This document shows, piece after piece, positions 1 through 10,667 of a stretch of 38,973 bases of DNA; the first letter of the stretch is position 1, and each line of letters begins with the position of its first letter. Source of the DNA: a virus (taxonomy: Duplodnaviria > Caudoviricetes); the IMG/VR virus record IMGVR_UViG_3300027586_000017, positions 1 through 38,973 of that record; one strand, given 5' to 3'. Under the pieces are notes generated by a model. The model was not told the DNA's origin and searched no databases. It was given only the letters and a program-made list of their open reading frames with translations. The translations under genes and the position numbers were made by a program.

Positions 1-712
1 TATCAACTAAGAACTTTATCATGTTTGCTTTTTCGTCATCATTCTTTTCTACAAAACCAATGTTTTCCATGTTCTTACCACTGACTGGGCTTGCTTCTGC
101 TTCTGAGTCAGATACTAATACGATACCGTTTTCAGAATCGTAAAAAACATTTTCAATAACAGTGTCTGCAGATGTTCCAGTTAGAACATTCTGACCATTT
201 ACTTTTTCAACAGAAATAATGCTTGCAAATTGATTTGCTGGGCTATCAACTAGTGATAATTCATAAAGATCATAATCTTTGATAATGCGAATTGACTTGT
301 CTAGGTCTGCATTATATGCATCGTCCCAAACCTTAATATTGCCACCAATAGAAAAACCACTATATGTGCCATCTAAGACTTTCTCCCAGGCATCTTGTGC
401 GCCCTTTGAAACATAAGCAGATACATAAACTCCGTTATAAAACTTCTTTGAATTTGGGTCAAAGTAGCGGTCTTCTTTAAATGAAACCATCTTGCCTACT
501 GCTGATGGCTGATGCATTTCTCTTAAATTTCCCTTGAAATTTTTAAAGGCTTTAACGCTTGCGTCTGCTGTAACAATGTCGTCTTGCTTGTCAATGTTAT
601 CTAGGGATGCAAAACCAGAGACCATACGGCGCTCTACGTCTACCTTGCCAATAGGCATTGACAGGCGAACACTATCTTTGTCCGTCGTCCAATTTGCCTT
701 ATTTATTATCAT
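1..712 (-). CDS. Prohead (capsid maturation) protease, HK97/XkdF-like; 3' end runs off the window
   Basis: Not in the ORF track. Manual translation from ATG 712: MIINKANWTTDKDSVRLSMPIGKVDVERRMVSGFASLDNIDKQDDIV...NLREMHQPSAVGK...WEKVLDGTYSGFSIGG. The His (REMH) and Ser (GFSIGG) motifs fit phage prohead serine proteases, and the gene lies directly downstream of the portal. Confidence 0.85.
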   Translation of the reverse strand, partial: MIINKANWTTDKDSVRLSMPIGKVDVERRMVSGFASLDNIDKQDDIVTADASVKAFKNFKGNLREMHQPSAVGKMVSFKEDRYFDPNSKKFYNGVYVSAYVSKGAQDAWEKVLDGTYSGFSIGGNIKVWDDAYNADLDKSIRIIKDYDLYELSLVDSPANQFASIISVEKVNGQNVLTGTSADTVIENVFYDSENGIVLVSDSEAEASPVSGKNMENIGFVEKNDDEKANMIKFLVD

Positions 713-753
713 ATCAGAATCCATTATACCAAATGTTTTTAGAGATTTCTCAA

Positions 754-2358
754 TTATTGAGACGCTCTGCCCTCGCCCTGTGGATTGCGTCCATCAAGAG
801 TTGCTTCACCATCTGATTGGCTATTTGTTCTTTCTGCATCTCTTTGGCGATTACCAGCAAGGTTTGCTCTAGCATCCGTTGTTTGTCTTGGAGTCATTAC
901 AAATGGAACATCTCCATCTTTTCTCTGTGGCAAATCAAGTGCTGTACGAGCCTCATTTGGAGTCATGACCTGAGTCTTAACATATCTTTCAAGAATTTGA
1001 GATTGTGCAATCTCATCAGTAAGGGTTAGTTCATTAAACTTAAGTTCAAGAACATCTGTCTTTTCCTTAATAATCTTGTTCACTACCTTCTCAAGATGAT
1101 GTTGGGCAGGTCGGGATACCTGTTCTTTAAATGTTCTATCCTGAGAAAGCGCTGCTGCAAGTCCAGACTCTGATCCACCTAGTTTTGAAATAGGTACTTG
1201 ATGAGCAATTAAAATATCATCACGATTCTGCTTACGATACTCTTTGAATGATCCATCTTGGATACCGTTTTCAATTGGCTCCATCTTGAACTCAACCTTG
1301 TTTTGATCTGTATCTCCAGGAAGTGGAATATATAGAGTTCTGTGAGACTGAGACTTTAGACCAGTCTGAAGGAATCTAAACATCTTATCTTCTGCGTCTC
1401 CAGATAGTTTTGCACCCTTTAGAGTAATGATGTATCGTGGCACTGCTTTATTTTCAAAATAGTCAATGTTGTATCTTGAAGCAAGTTGATCTCCAATTAG
1501 AGATGGCATTGCAGAAACAATGTCTGGAATACCATAGTATGTGTTTAGTGGAGAGTATGACTTAAGATGAATAATTTCATTTGCACGGCTATCTGCTGTT
1601 ACTGGGTTTGGATTATTTGCACCAAAATTTCTGAAATAAACAACAGCCTGACCAATAATTTGAAGGTAGCCATCATTAAGTCTACGAACACGAACAGTGG
1701 TTGCTGGGATATGTCCAATGTAACCAATCTCGCCCTTGATTGTTCTTCCAACTTCAATAAATCCATTTCCAGTTGCTTCAACATCTGTGTAAACCTTTTC
1801 CATGATCTTTGTAAAACTATCATCATCATTAAGGTTTTCTAGCCAGTCACGTAATTCAATCTTGGCTCTTTCAATTCTACTTCTTGCTCTTTCAGTTGCT
1901 GATTCATCTTCTGACATTTCTAGTCTAAGTGCAGTTCTATCTGCAATGTCAAAACGATATCCGAGACCTACAATATTTTCTACCTTTGCATCAATTGCAG
2001 CGTGGTTAGCAAAAGAGGTATCGTAGAAGTTTGCAAGTTCGTACATGTTATATGGTGGTGTGATTACGTCAAATAGACCGTATCCATTTCTGTATACCGT
2101 TCCAGGATTAAGAGCCTTTGATCCAGCATCTACTCCAGACGGAACTGCATTTGCAGAATCTAAATATGCTTCATTTGGAGTTATTGCTTTGCTTACTTGT
2201 CTTGCTACACGACGACGGAAGTTTTGATCTAGGCCAGAGTATTTTTGTAACTCTTCCCAGTTTTTATTAAATGGGTCATTTAAATTAAATTGACTTTCTT
2301 CTTGCTCTTGAGTATTTAAACTTGCTCTTACATACTGGAAGTCATCGTCATCAGTCAT
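754..2358 (-). CDS. Phage portal protein
   Basis: Portal motifs GNGFIEV, EIIHLKSYSP..YYGIP, YFENKAVPRYII, ILIAHQVP and MTPNEAR..LDLP. Start placed at ATG 2358 (MTDDDD), which overlaps the 3' end of the upstream gene. Confidence 0.92.
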   Translation of the reverse strand: MTDDDDFQYVRASLNTQEQEESQFNLNDPFNKNWEELQKYSGLDQNFRRRVARQVSKAITPNEAYLDSANAVPSGVDAGSKALNPGTVYRNGYGLFDVITPPYNMYELANFYDTSFANHAAIDAKVENIVGLGYRFDIADRTALRLEMSEDESATERARSRIERAKIELRDWLENLNDDDSFTKIMEKVYTDVEATGNGFIEVGRTIKGEIGYIGHIPATTVRVRRLNDGYLQIIGQAVVYFRNFGANNPNPVTADSRANEIIHLKSYSPLNTYYGIPDIVSAMPSLIGDQLASRYNIDYFENKAVPRYIITLKGAKLSGDAEDKMFRFLQTGLKSQSHRTLYIPLPGDTDQNKVEFKMEPIENGIQDGSFKEYRKQNRDDILIAHQVPISKLGGSESGLAAALSQDRTFKEQVSRPAQHHLEKVVNKIIKEKTDVLELKFNELTLTDEIAQSQILERYVKTQVMTPNEARTALDLPQRKDGDVPFVMTPRQTTDARANLAGNRQRDAERTNSQSDGEATLDGRNPQGEGRASQ

Positions 2359-2749
2359 TTTCGTACGCATCCCTTCCGTGTGTTTTTAATGTTTTTTGTG
2401 CATCAGCGATAGCGCCTAAGTCATTAACATTTGGAATTAAACCCTGTCTCATTCTATCTTTTTGTTCTGAATATTCTTCTTCAGATACTCTGGTTAATCC
2501 AGCAACAAAGTGTGCTGTACCTTCCCCATCGTCGCCATTGAATATTGCAGCCTTCTTAAGTTCTGCAATCTTTGAGATGTCACCTTTTTGAGCGGGAATG
2601 TTTAATACAGAACCCGTTCCATCAGTAAACCACTTTCCGTTTGACTTCTTGTATACGTATAGACCCCAGTCATAATGCTTATCAATGACCTTGCGTCTTA
2701 CATTTTCAACAATTGGTTTGCCAGTTTTTGGGCTAAATAAAGAATCCAT
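2351..2749 (-). CDS. Hypothetical phage protein upstream of the portal
   Basis: ORF track gives 2351..2755. ATG 2749 is 7 nt after a TGGTATACT -10 element (leaderless start). Confidence 0.75.
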   Translation of the reverse strand: MDSLFSPKTGKPIVENVRRKVIDKHYDWGLYVYKKSNGKWFTDGTGSVLNIPAQKGDISKIAELKKAAIFNGDDGEGTAHFVAGLTRVSEEEYSEQKDRMRQGLIPNVNDLGAIADAQKTLKTHGRDAYEND

Positions 2750-2767
2750 AACCACAAGTATACCAGA

Positions 2768-5700
2768 TTACACTGGTGAGCCAACAGATATTGACCATGT
2801 TGTGTCATTGTAGATTTTCATCTTATCTGCGTCAAAAATCATTCCTTCTTCATCATCAATGATAATCTTATTAGTTCCAATGTAGGCTTTATATACATCT
2901 TGAGCGTTAACTCCATATAGGGCTGAGGCAGAAATAACTAGAACGCCTTCCCAAGTGTAGTTATTTAGCCAGTAAGACCAATTTATATTTGTAGCACCAT
3001 CTTGCTTAACCTTGAGCCATGGTCTATTGAGTGTAGACTGTAACTGCTGAAGGTTATTGGCCTGATAATATGCAACATTATTAAACAACGCTGGACTATT
3101 TAGGTTAACTGACCCAATAAATAGGTCAAAGTTTATTGCTTCTCCAAAATTAAGTCCAAGGGCTGACCATTCTTTAATTGTTAATACTGGTTCTCTTACA
3201 AGTGTTCCATTAAGATAATAAGATATCCCCTGAAAATCTGAGTTGTCTGATTTATTTTTAGCATAAACCCTACCACGCTGACCAGTTTCATCATTTGCTA
3301 CAACAAAGAAAACAATAGTATCTGCCTTATGCTTTATTTCAAATAAAGGAATTGGGGTTACTGTAAATGATTCTTGATCATATCTTATCCAAGACTGCAT
3401 TGCGCTTACTCTATAATTTTCTGCAAGAGACTGATTAATTGGCATTGAAATTCCACGATCAAAGTTTGAGTCAAAATCTCCACGAACCTGTATTCCAGAT
3501 GTTCTGTTCATGTATAGGTATGGGGTGCTTCCCTTATAAATACTAAACGGGTTATTTGATTTATAATCATAGTATAGCCCAGAGCGTTTATATGGGAATA
3601 GGTCTGTTCCAAACCTTGTTCCTATGGGATTAAATGAATTATCGTTTAATGCTTGTGATGCAAGTTCAAGTTTTCTTAATAGTATTGGCTTTGTTAGTAT
3701 TCCACGAATATTAAAATCAAGATGATAAACAATTGCTAAACTATTAAAGTCAACGTCTTTTCTTGGATAAATTATTGTATTGTCAACAACCTCAAATTTT
3801 GTAGTTGACCAAGAAGAGTAGTCAGAAACATCAACTACTGCATTTTCTTTTGCAGGAATGGTTGTTGTAAAATTATCTTGTGATAGGTTTGCTCCATCAG
3901 TAATATATTGAAAGGTAACATAACTTCTAATTGCTGAACTCTCAGTATTATACTCATAATACTTTAACGATTTTTCTTTAAGATCTTGATAATTATTCCA
4001 GCCAGTAAGTAGTGAGTTGTCTAGTTGCTGATATGTTCTTTGAGTTGGAAGTGAATATGAACTAGATAGTTCTTCATATGTCCAAGACCCTGTTGTTTCT
4101 GATTCAAGTAGGCTTGATGGTGATGGGTATCCAATATTAAACTGTAAAAAATCTAAATCATAAAAAGAATTTCCAACATCGTTTTGAACATATTGTCCAA
4201 AATAGGATAGTGGCATATAGTCTTCCCAGTATCCAGAAACTCCAATATCTAAGAATAAACTTCCATAAGCGTATGTTGGCAAAAGAGTATAACTTGCTGT
4301 ATGTGATAATAGTGCTAGTGCATTTTCAGATGACTCAACTCCACTACCGACATAGGTATCAATAGTAGCAATTCCACTATCATCAAAATAACTAGATATT
4401 GAGTTTGAGTTTAACTCTGTTGAAAATCCAATAGAAAAGATGTAGCCTCTAAAGGTTTTAGATCCAGAGTTATCTCCACCAACATAAAGGCTTAGGGAGT
4501 TTTGATTACCAAAGAATGTTGCAAGATTGCCACCAAATGTATTTACAAGTGTTTGAATATTAATTCCAGCAGCAAAAAGTTCTCCAACTTCAAACTCATC
4601 TGTACGATATATTTCTTGAGATGTCCCTGAGTAATACAAAGAATATACAACATCCAATCCATCTACATTAATAGAAAAGTAGTTTCCTGTGCTTTGGTTA
4701 TATATTTTAAATAATACCTCTTCGTCTTCATCTCCTCCACTGCCTTGGTTGTTTGCTTGAAAGACTCCATACAAACATGCAACTTGTGAATTTAAAATAT
4801 TAAAGTTTCCAAAGTTAATGTATGCGCCATCATTATTCCAAGTTGAGTTTGGATTTAAGGATATAAAGTGACTGTCTGTGCCCAGGTATCCACTAGTGAG
4901 GTTTTGATATATATCATCTGAGTCATCGTATAGTTCTTGCAATGTTTTTGTTCCAGTAAATATTGTTGGCAAGGAATATTGTGGTGTTGTTAGTGCAGTT
5001 GCAGTTGTTGATAGATTGTCAAATGATCCTTGTTGCCACTGTGCAAAATCTGGGTAGTTATAGTTTGCTGTGTAATCTGCAAAAGAATAATCTATAAATG
5101 CAGAAGTTCCACTAAATGCAGAATCAATACTTTCTGATGATCCCACACCCTGACCGTATACATATCTTCTTTTTGCTACAACATTTGCAACCTGATATGA
5201 GTAGATGGCTACACAATCAATCTCTATTGGATTTACATTGGTATAAGCATAAAATCCAAGCCAATCTTCTCCAGTTATTTCTGGCAAAGATATGCTTGAT
5301 GTAACAAAGTCTAATGATATTACTTGTTCTCCATTAATCAATACTGTAGCATTATCAGTAATTAACCTGATATGGATTAGCATTGGTCTAAACCATTCCC
5401 CGACAAAATGAGAACTAAACTTGCCACCAATTAAAAGAGTTAGGAATCCACCTTCTACATAGAGTCCATCTTCACTTCCTATTGGTCCAAAAATTCTTTT
5501 AGTGTCATTAGAGTCTGAGTTTATTCTTGCCCAAAACTCTACAGTGTAATCACTATGTCTTCCATTTTCATGTAAAAATCCTTTGCCAGGAAATATAAAC
5601 GAAGGGTCTCCATCTATATTAGGCGATAGTTTTGTAACATTTGATGCACCAAAAACCAAAGGAACTCCAGTATTTTTTGCCACTAATGAGTTATCATTTA

Positions 5701-6412
5701 CAAGATAATACCCAGTGTCAAAAGATATTCCATATGCTGGTGCTGGAATTACGCTGCTACTTGTAGTTAGTTCAATTTCTGCTGGAAAATTTTCTGGGTA
5801 TATACCTAAAGATACTACGTTAAATTCTTCAGACCACTGACCCAAAGATATTCCATTAAAATAAAACTCATAGTCATTTATATTGTCTCCACCAGTATTA
5901 GTAACTACTTCTATAACTACTTTAAAATTTGTATTTTCGTTTGGTATTTCAAATGTCTCAGATATAAAACCCCACTGATTTGATATTGAGGTATTAAAAG
6001 TTTTTAGGTTTTGCACAACCTGTGAAGTTGTTGTATCTGTATACTCATATCCTATAGAGACTGACTCCAGATAAACGCTTCCAGAATAAAAATGTGTTCC
6101 AATACAAAATGTTCCAAGTTCTAAGTCTAGATCTTGAAAATTCATTATCTCTGGGCTTTTTAATACAGCCTCATTTGTAGCCCCAACTGGTATGCTACAA
6201 CTAACTTTTGTAGTGTAACTATCTGGAAATGGCTCACCTGTTAATCCAGTACCTGCTGAAAGAGTACAGCCTGTTTCATCCCAAAGTGTAAGTATATTTC
6301 TTTGCGCTTCTGAAATAAGGCTAACGTAGTCAAGTTTATCGTCTAGTGCCCAAAGAGCCATTGGGTGTTCACTAAAAACCTTTTCTGCGTATAAATTTGA
6401 TGGGCTAGACAT
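2768..6412 (-). CDS. Large virion structural protein (1214 aa) with a LamG/ConA-like beta-sandwich region; probable tail/baseplate
   Basis: Beta-rich, acidic ORF. Motifs ALWALDD and YTVEFWARINSD...IFGP...LLIGG resemble LamG domains. Has a Shine-Dalgarno (SD) sequence and a TGCTATAAT promoter upstream. Confidence 0.6.
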   Translation of the reverse strand: MSSPSNLYAEKVFSEHPMALWALDDKLDYVSLISEAQRNILTLWDETGCTLSAGTGLTGEPFPDSYTTKVSCSIPVGATNEAVLKSPEIMNFQDLDLELGTFCIGTHFYSGSVYLESVSIGYEYTDTTTSQVVQNLKTFNTSISNQWGFISETFEIPNENTNFKVVIEVVTNTGGDNINDYEFYFNGISLGQWSEEFNVVSLGIYPENFPAEIELTTSSSVIPAPAYGISFDTGYYLVNDNSLVAKNTGVPLVFGASNVTKLSPNIDGDPSFIFPGKGFLHENGRHSDYTVEFWARINSDSNDTKRIFGPIGSEDGLYVEGGFLTLLIGGKFSSHFVGEWFRPMLIHIRLITDNATVLINGEQVISLDFVTSSISLPEITGEDWLGFYAYTNVNPIEIDCVAIYSYQVANVVAKRRYVYGQGVGSSESIDSAFSGTSAFIDYSFADYTANYNYPDFAQWQQGSFDNLSTTATALTTPQYSLPTIFTGTKTLQELYDDSDDIYQNLTSGYLGTDSHFISLNPNSTWNNDGAYINFGNFNILNSQVACLYGVFQANNQGSGGDEDEEVLFKIYNQSTGNYFSINVDGLDVVYSLYYSGTSQEIYRTDEFEVGELFAAGINIQTLVNTFGGNLATFFGNQNSLSLYVGGDNSGSKTFRGYIFSIGFSTELNSNSISSYFDDSGIATIDTYVGSGVESSENALALLSHTASYTLLPTYAYGSLFLDIGVSGYWEDYMPLSYFGQYVQNDVGNSFYDLDFLQFNIGYPSPSSLLESETTGSWTYEELSSSYSLPTQRTYQQLDNSLLTGWNNYQDLKEKSLKYYEYNTESSAIRSYVTFQYITDGANLSQDNFTTTIPAKENAVVDVSDYSSWSTTKFEVVDNTIIYPRKDVDFNSLAIVYHLDFNIRGILTKPILLRKLELASQALNDNSFNPIGTRFGTDLFPYKRSGLYYDYKSNNPFSIYKGSTPYLYMNRTSGIQVRGDFDSNFDRGISMPINQSLAENYRVSAMQSWIRYDQESFTVTPIPLFEIKHKADTIVFFVVANDETGQRGRVYAKNKSDNSDFQGISYYLNGTLVREPVLTIKEWSALGLNFGEAINFDLFIGSVNLNSPALFNNVAYYQANNLQQLQSTLNRPWLKVKQDGATNINWSYWLNNYTWEGVLVISASALYGVNAQDVYKAYIGTNKIIIDDEEGMIFDADKMKIYNDTTWSISVGSPV

Positions 6413-6447
6413 TACTCTCCTATCCCCTTATTATAGCAGGATACGTC

Positions 6448-8478
6448 TTAATATAATTTAATCTCGCAAGCATCAGTTGAACAATATTTTTCAGACTCAG
6501 CATCTAAATTATCTTTACCGTCATAAATTGCAGACCAATCAATCTTTCCAATTGTTCCAACATAGGCATTATACGCCTCTCTTGAAATCTCAGTATATGG
6601 TTGCTGCGGATAAGTCTTATTGCCCATTGGTAAGAATGAAACAGCCTTTAACTGTCCTTCATACATGTTAAGTGCTGGTGCAATAAACTTTGTCTCTTCT
6701 TCTTTATTAAATGACAAAGTTACAGAAACACCGTTATCAGACCAATACTTTTGAGCAGTTGCTGCAAGTCCAATTTTTTCAAATAGGCTTACTTGTTTTT
6801 CTGCACGTTTGTGTCCAGATGCTACTGGGAAATATACAACTGATGTGTTTGCTGATACAAGGTCATCTTCAACCTTATACCCCGCTGCTTTAAATAAATG
6901 CATCATTGGATCAGTATTGCCAAAACGAATAGCACGAAGATAAAATTCCCCTCCAGGACCCCAGTGAACTCCAGGAGTTGCTCCAGAGAGAAGTGATACA
7001 GATCCTGAAGGCTTGACTGTAGTTACACGAACTGACTCACGAACACATAGCCACTCAGAATACTTGTGGTCATAGTGACGAATTTTTTGATACCCTTCAT
7101 CCATCCATTCACGTAATGCTGGAAGTCCACTGTTATCAGCAAAAGAAGCAATCCCAGTGAGCGATGTTCCAATACGACGGTTTCTTTGCATAATACCGTT
7201 TGTTTGCTGCCAATGTGTTGGCATCAGTGTTACAGTTTTTCCATAAAGATATGCAAACTTCAATGTCTTGAGGAAGTCCTCCTTAGATTCATGACGATTT
7301 AAGTGCACCTCTACAAGTGTGCAAAGTTCGTATGATTCTAATGGCTGCTCCGCACAAGGATTGAATCCCATGATTCTGGAATCTTTATAATCTGGTGCAT
7401 CTTTTAATCTACCGTACTCTCTGGCAACATCTAGCCAAATAAAACCTGGCTCTCCATTATCTGCAATTAAATCTACATAGTCTTCATATTTTGTTCCAAC
7501 TGTTGCTGATATAGAATTGTTTGACATCCAAGCCCATCCTGGTTTTGTTGGATCGTAGGAGTTACGGTCTGGAAATACTTCTGGATTCTTAAGATTAATA
7601 AAACCTTCATCTTCTGGTGTTCCAAGTGCAAGAGTTGCAGAACGACGAACATTTCCAGAAACAACACAAGTACCAATAAGATTTACAATGTCTACAATTG
7701 CACGGCTATCTAATAGTTCTCCTGCCCTAGAGCCAATTACATTGCGAATACGTGTATGGAGATCAATAAGTGGTGCTGGACCGCTTGCTACCCCTCCAAA
7801 GCCCTTAATTGGGGCTCCTAGAGGACGGATAAGGTCGTAGGTAAACTCTTGAATAGGTTGATTTTGGCGAAGAAATGAGTTAATTAAAAGACGAACTGAT
7901 TCAACCCATCCTTCACGAGTATCTGGGATTTCATAAATAGATGCTGGCTCAGTAGGTGCATATATAGACATTTGTTTGTCTTGTCCAAGGGTATCAAATC
8001 CAACTCCAATACCCAGCATTAATGCATCCATTACCCAAGCAAATAAAGCACCAGGGTCGTTGCGATCAATGTCTCTTGTTGATACCATTGCACAATTTTG
8101 TAGGGCTGCAGAGTTACGCTTTTCCATGGTCATAGGAGTACCGAAAGCCCATAGTCCACGTCCTGGTGGTGTCCACTTTAATTCAAACATTCTTTGAAAG
8201 GCTTCTTGTGCAGACTTCTGAGCCTTGTTATCATTCCAAGGTAAACGATTATCTTTAGCATGATTCTTCTGTACTGAATACATACCCTCAATAACACGAC
8301 GACAAACTTCATGCCAACGTTCTTTTGTGCCGTCTTCTTTCATGCGAGAATATGTACGAATAAATGTAATCTCTCCTAATGAGTTAGATCCAGCATCTGA
8401 GAATCCAAATGGTGCTGGAACATTATTATATTTATTTACAAATTCTTCTGATAGACGAAACGAAAAAACTTCTGACAT
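6448..8478 (-). CDS. nrdJ: Class II (adenosylcobalamin-dependent) ribonucleotide reductase, monomeric RTPR type
   Basis: Motifs RTYSR, PPGRGLW, LQNC, GNVRRSA, NPCAEQ.LESYELCTL, NRRIG, TTVKPSGSVS, and a C-terminal redox pair CSTDAC. Confidence 0.95.
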   Translation of the reverse strand: MSEVFSFRLSEEFVNKYNNVPAPFGFSDAGSNSLGEITFIRTYSRMKEDGTKERWHEVCRRVIEGMYSVQKNHAKDNRLPWNDNKAQKSAQEAFQRMFELKWTPPGRGLWAFGTPMTMEKRNSAALQNCAMVSTRDIDRNDPGALFAWVMDALMLGIGVGFDTLGQDKQMSIYAPTEPASIYEIPDTREGWVESVRLLINSFLRQNQPIQEFTYDLIRPLGAPIKGFGGVASGPAPLIDLHTRIRNVIGSRAGELLDSRAIVDIVNLIGTCVVSGNVRRSATLALGTPEDEGFINLKNPEVFPDRNSYDPTKPGWAWMSNNSISATVGTKYEDYVDLIADNGEPGFIWLDVAREYGRLKDAPDYKDSRIMGFNPCAEQPLESYELCTLVEVHLNRHESKEDFLKTLKFAYLYGKTVTLMPTHWQQTNGIMQRNRRIGTSLTGIASFADNSGLPALREWMDEGYQKIRHYDHKYSEWLCVRESVRVTTVKPSGSVSLLSGATPGVHWGPGGEFYLRAIRFGNTDPMMHLFKAAGYKVEDDLVSANTSVVYFPVASGHKRAEKQVSLFEKIGLAATAQKYWSDNGVSVTLSFNKEEETKFIAPALNMYEGQLKAVSFLPMGNKTYPQQPYTEISREAYNAYVGTIGKIDWSAIYDGKDNLDAESEKYCSTDACEIKLY

Positions 8479-8627
8479 TTATTTACCTTTCTAAGCAAAT
8501 TTAGATAAGTACTTTGAGTTTTACAAAGTGGTCTTAAGTATATCATGATTTAAAGAATAAAAACATGCTTAAACTTAAGGTATAGATGTATCCTTAAGGG
8601 TTAGCACTTTAGATAAACAAAGGTTGT

Positions 8628-9296
8628 CTATCCATACTTACTGCTACTAACATGACACATTTCTATTTGGTTTATGTTTAAATGACTTGGCAATGATCCA
8701 ACCCAAAAAATTGCTTCTGCAAGGTCTTCAGCAGTTAATGCTTGATCTCTTTTTTCTTCTTGCGTATCTATTGTTGCTGGACAAACTTCAGTTATTTTAA
8801 TGTTATATTGCGGAAACTCTAGTCTCATTGTATCTATCAATCCTCTTTGACCACGCTTAGCATTAGTATAGTTTCCACCACCACGGTATGCAATCTTGCC
8901 ACCAAAAGAAGTTACAAAAATTATGGTTGCAGATTCAGATTTTTGCATACATGGAACAAACAGTTGAGACAGATACATGGGGCCAGTTACATTTATATCA
9001 TAGGCTTTTCTAAAGTTTTCTGGAGTCTCATTAATAATGTAAGTGGGTCCAGCCCCACCCCCAGCATTATTTACTAAAAGGTCTAAAGTGATATCTTTAT
9101 ATTTTTCAAAAAATAATTTTATTGCTTTAAAGTCTGTAATGTCTAATTGATAAACCTCAACAGTCTCTGATTCTAGTTTAGAGACTTCTGATAGATTTCT
9201 TGAAACTGCAATGACCCTATAGCCATTTTCAGATAGCCTTTTAACTGTTGCCAGCCCCACACCTTTGCTTGCTCCAGTTACTATTGCAGTTTTCAT
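8628..9296 (-). CDS. Short-chain dehydrogenase/reductase (SDR)
   Basis: TGASKGVG Rossmann motif, LVNNAG, and catalytic YxxxK (YTNAK). Confidence 0.92.
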   Translation of the reverse strand: MKTAIVTGASKGVGLATVKRLSENGYRVIAVSRNLSEVSKLESETVEVYQLDITDFKAIKLFFEKYKDITLDLLVNNAGGGAGPTYIINETPENFRKAYDINVTGPMYLSQLFVPCMQKSESATIIFVTSFGGKIAYRGGGNYTNAKRGQRGLIDTMRLEFPQYNIKITEVCPATIDTQEEKRDQALTAEDLAEAIFWVGSLPSHLNINQIEMCHVSSSKYG

Positions 9297-9301
9297 TAAT
9301 T

Positions 9302-9988
9302 CTACATTCCTTGATTTAATTCCATACCGTTGTGAATCCAGTGTCCTGGGATCATATATTTAAAATTATTTTTTACAATATGAGCAGTATGATAATATGG
9401 TGCTGCAGATGGGAAAATCAAAATACTTCCTGCTTTTGGCTTTATTCCAAAATCAATTTGATTTTTTGCTACAGCAACATTATAATTTAAATCTGAGGGT
9501 GGTTTTTTAGAAACACCATCATAATCTGACAAAACAAATGAAATCTCTCCTCCGTCAAAATCATCATTTAAATACATAGTTAAAGAATATCTTAATGTTT
9601 TGTCTCCATCAAGTTGATCAAAATGTGCTCCCATTCCTATACCAGCATCATATTTTTTAATATTAAATACTGGAAACAGTCTTGGCTCATCTTTATCGCC
9701 TATTGATTCTGCATAGTCTTTGCAAACTTCATAAAAAGAATCCATAATTGTTTTATAAATATAATACATTTTTTCCTTATATGGCTCATCCATTCTTTCT
9801 ATTTGGTTTAAATCAAATGTTTTGGTTTGTCCATATATAAATTTTTTATCGCCAGATGATGTCCAATTTTCCCAGCGTTCATTGTTATTTAGTTCATCTA
9901 ATTCACTAATAGTTTTCATTAGTTGGTCAAAGTTTTTTACACCATCTTCATAGTAGTATACTTTTTCCTCTAAAATTGTTTTATTCAT
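9302..9988 (-). CDS. 2OG-Fe(II) oxygenase, prolyl-4-hydroxylase-like
   Basis: HFD...YLNDDFDGGE...IFPS...YHTA...K. Confidence 0.88.
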   Translation of the reverse strand: MNKTILEEKVYYYEDGVKNFDQLMKTISELDELNNNERWENWTSSGDKKFIYGQTKTFDLNQIERMDEPYKEKMYYIYKTIMDSFYEVCKDYAESIGDKDEPRLFPVFNIKKYDAGIGMGAHFDQLDGDKTLRYSLTMYLNDDFDGGEISFVLSDYDGVSKKPPSDLNYNVAVAKNQIDFGIKPKAGSILIFPSAAPYYHTAHIVKNNFKYMIPGHWIHNGMELNQGM

Positions 9989-10665
9989 TATCTTTCTCCA
10001 TTTCCTTGGTATTTGTTTTTTTGATAAAAATCTTGTTCTTTAATAAATCCAACTAAAACATACCTTGTTGGCCCTTTACCAACTGGCTTGACTCCATGAT
10101 GATATTTTTCTGTTCCTGGAAAAATTATTAATGATCCCTTTTTTGGCTTTAAGGTTAAATCTATATTTTTAAAAAATAACTCTCCATCGGAATATTCATC
10201 ATTAAGATAAAGAATTGTTGCATAGCATATTGAGGGGTCTGTGTCTTGATCTGTATGACACTTTAACTCAATACCCTCTTGCATTCTTTGTATAGTTGCA
10301 AAACCACTTAACTCTAAGTTATCATTTGACTTTAACAATAAATCGTTTAACCTTTTATATATTTCTTTATGAATATCCTCATTATGAATATTAAGATTTT
10401 TATCTTTCCAATTTTGAGTTATTTCAAATTTTCCTTCTTCAACTAAATTTTCTACATCATCTCTTCCAAACTTTTCTATACAAAAAGATTTTAGATTTGC
10501 ATGGTATTCTATAGACCAAGACTCTTCTGTAGTTTTGTTAATAATGCTAAATATTTCTGATATTTCTTTTTCAGATAAAAAATTTTCTACTAAAAGAACA
10601 TCACTAAAAATTTCTTCAATATCAAAGTTATTTTTTTTTAATTGTTCTTTTAAGATATTAGACAT
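9988..10665 (-). CDS. 2OG-Fe(II) oxygenase, prolyl-4-hydroxylase-like
   Basis: HTD...YLNDEYSDGE...IFPG...HHGV...RY. Confidence 0.88.
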   Translation of the reverse strand: MSNILKEQLKKNNFDIEEIFSDVLLVENFLSEKEISEIFSIINKTTEESWSIEYHANLKSFCIEKFGRDDVENLVEEGKFEITQNWKDKNLNIHNEDIHKEIYKRLNDLLLKSNDNLELSGFATIQRMQEGIELKCHTDQDTDPSICYATILYLNDEYSDGELFFKNIDLTLKPKKGSLIIFPGTEKYHHGVKPVGKGPTRYVLVGFIKEQDFYQKNKYQGNGER

Positions 10666-10667
10666 TT

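Noticed and set aside
8479-8627. Cobalamin riboswitch or NrdR box upstream of nrdJ
   Set aside because: The short AT-rich spacer has no B12-box and no recognisable NrdR palindrome, only small hairpins.
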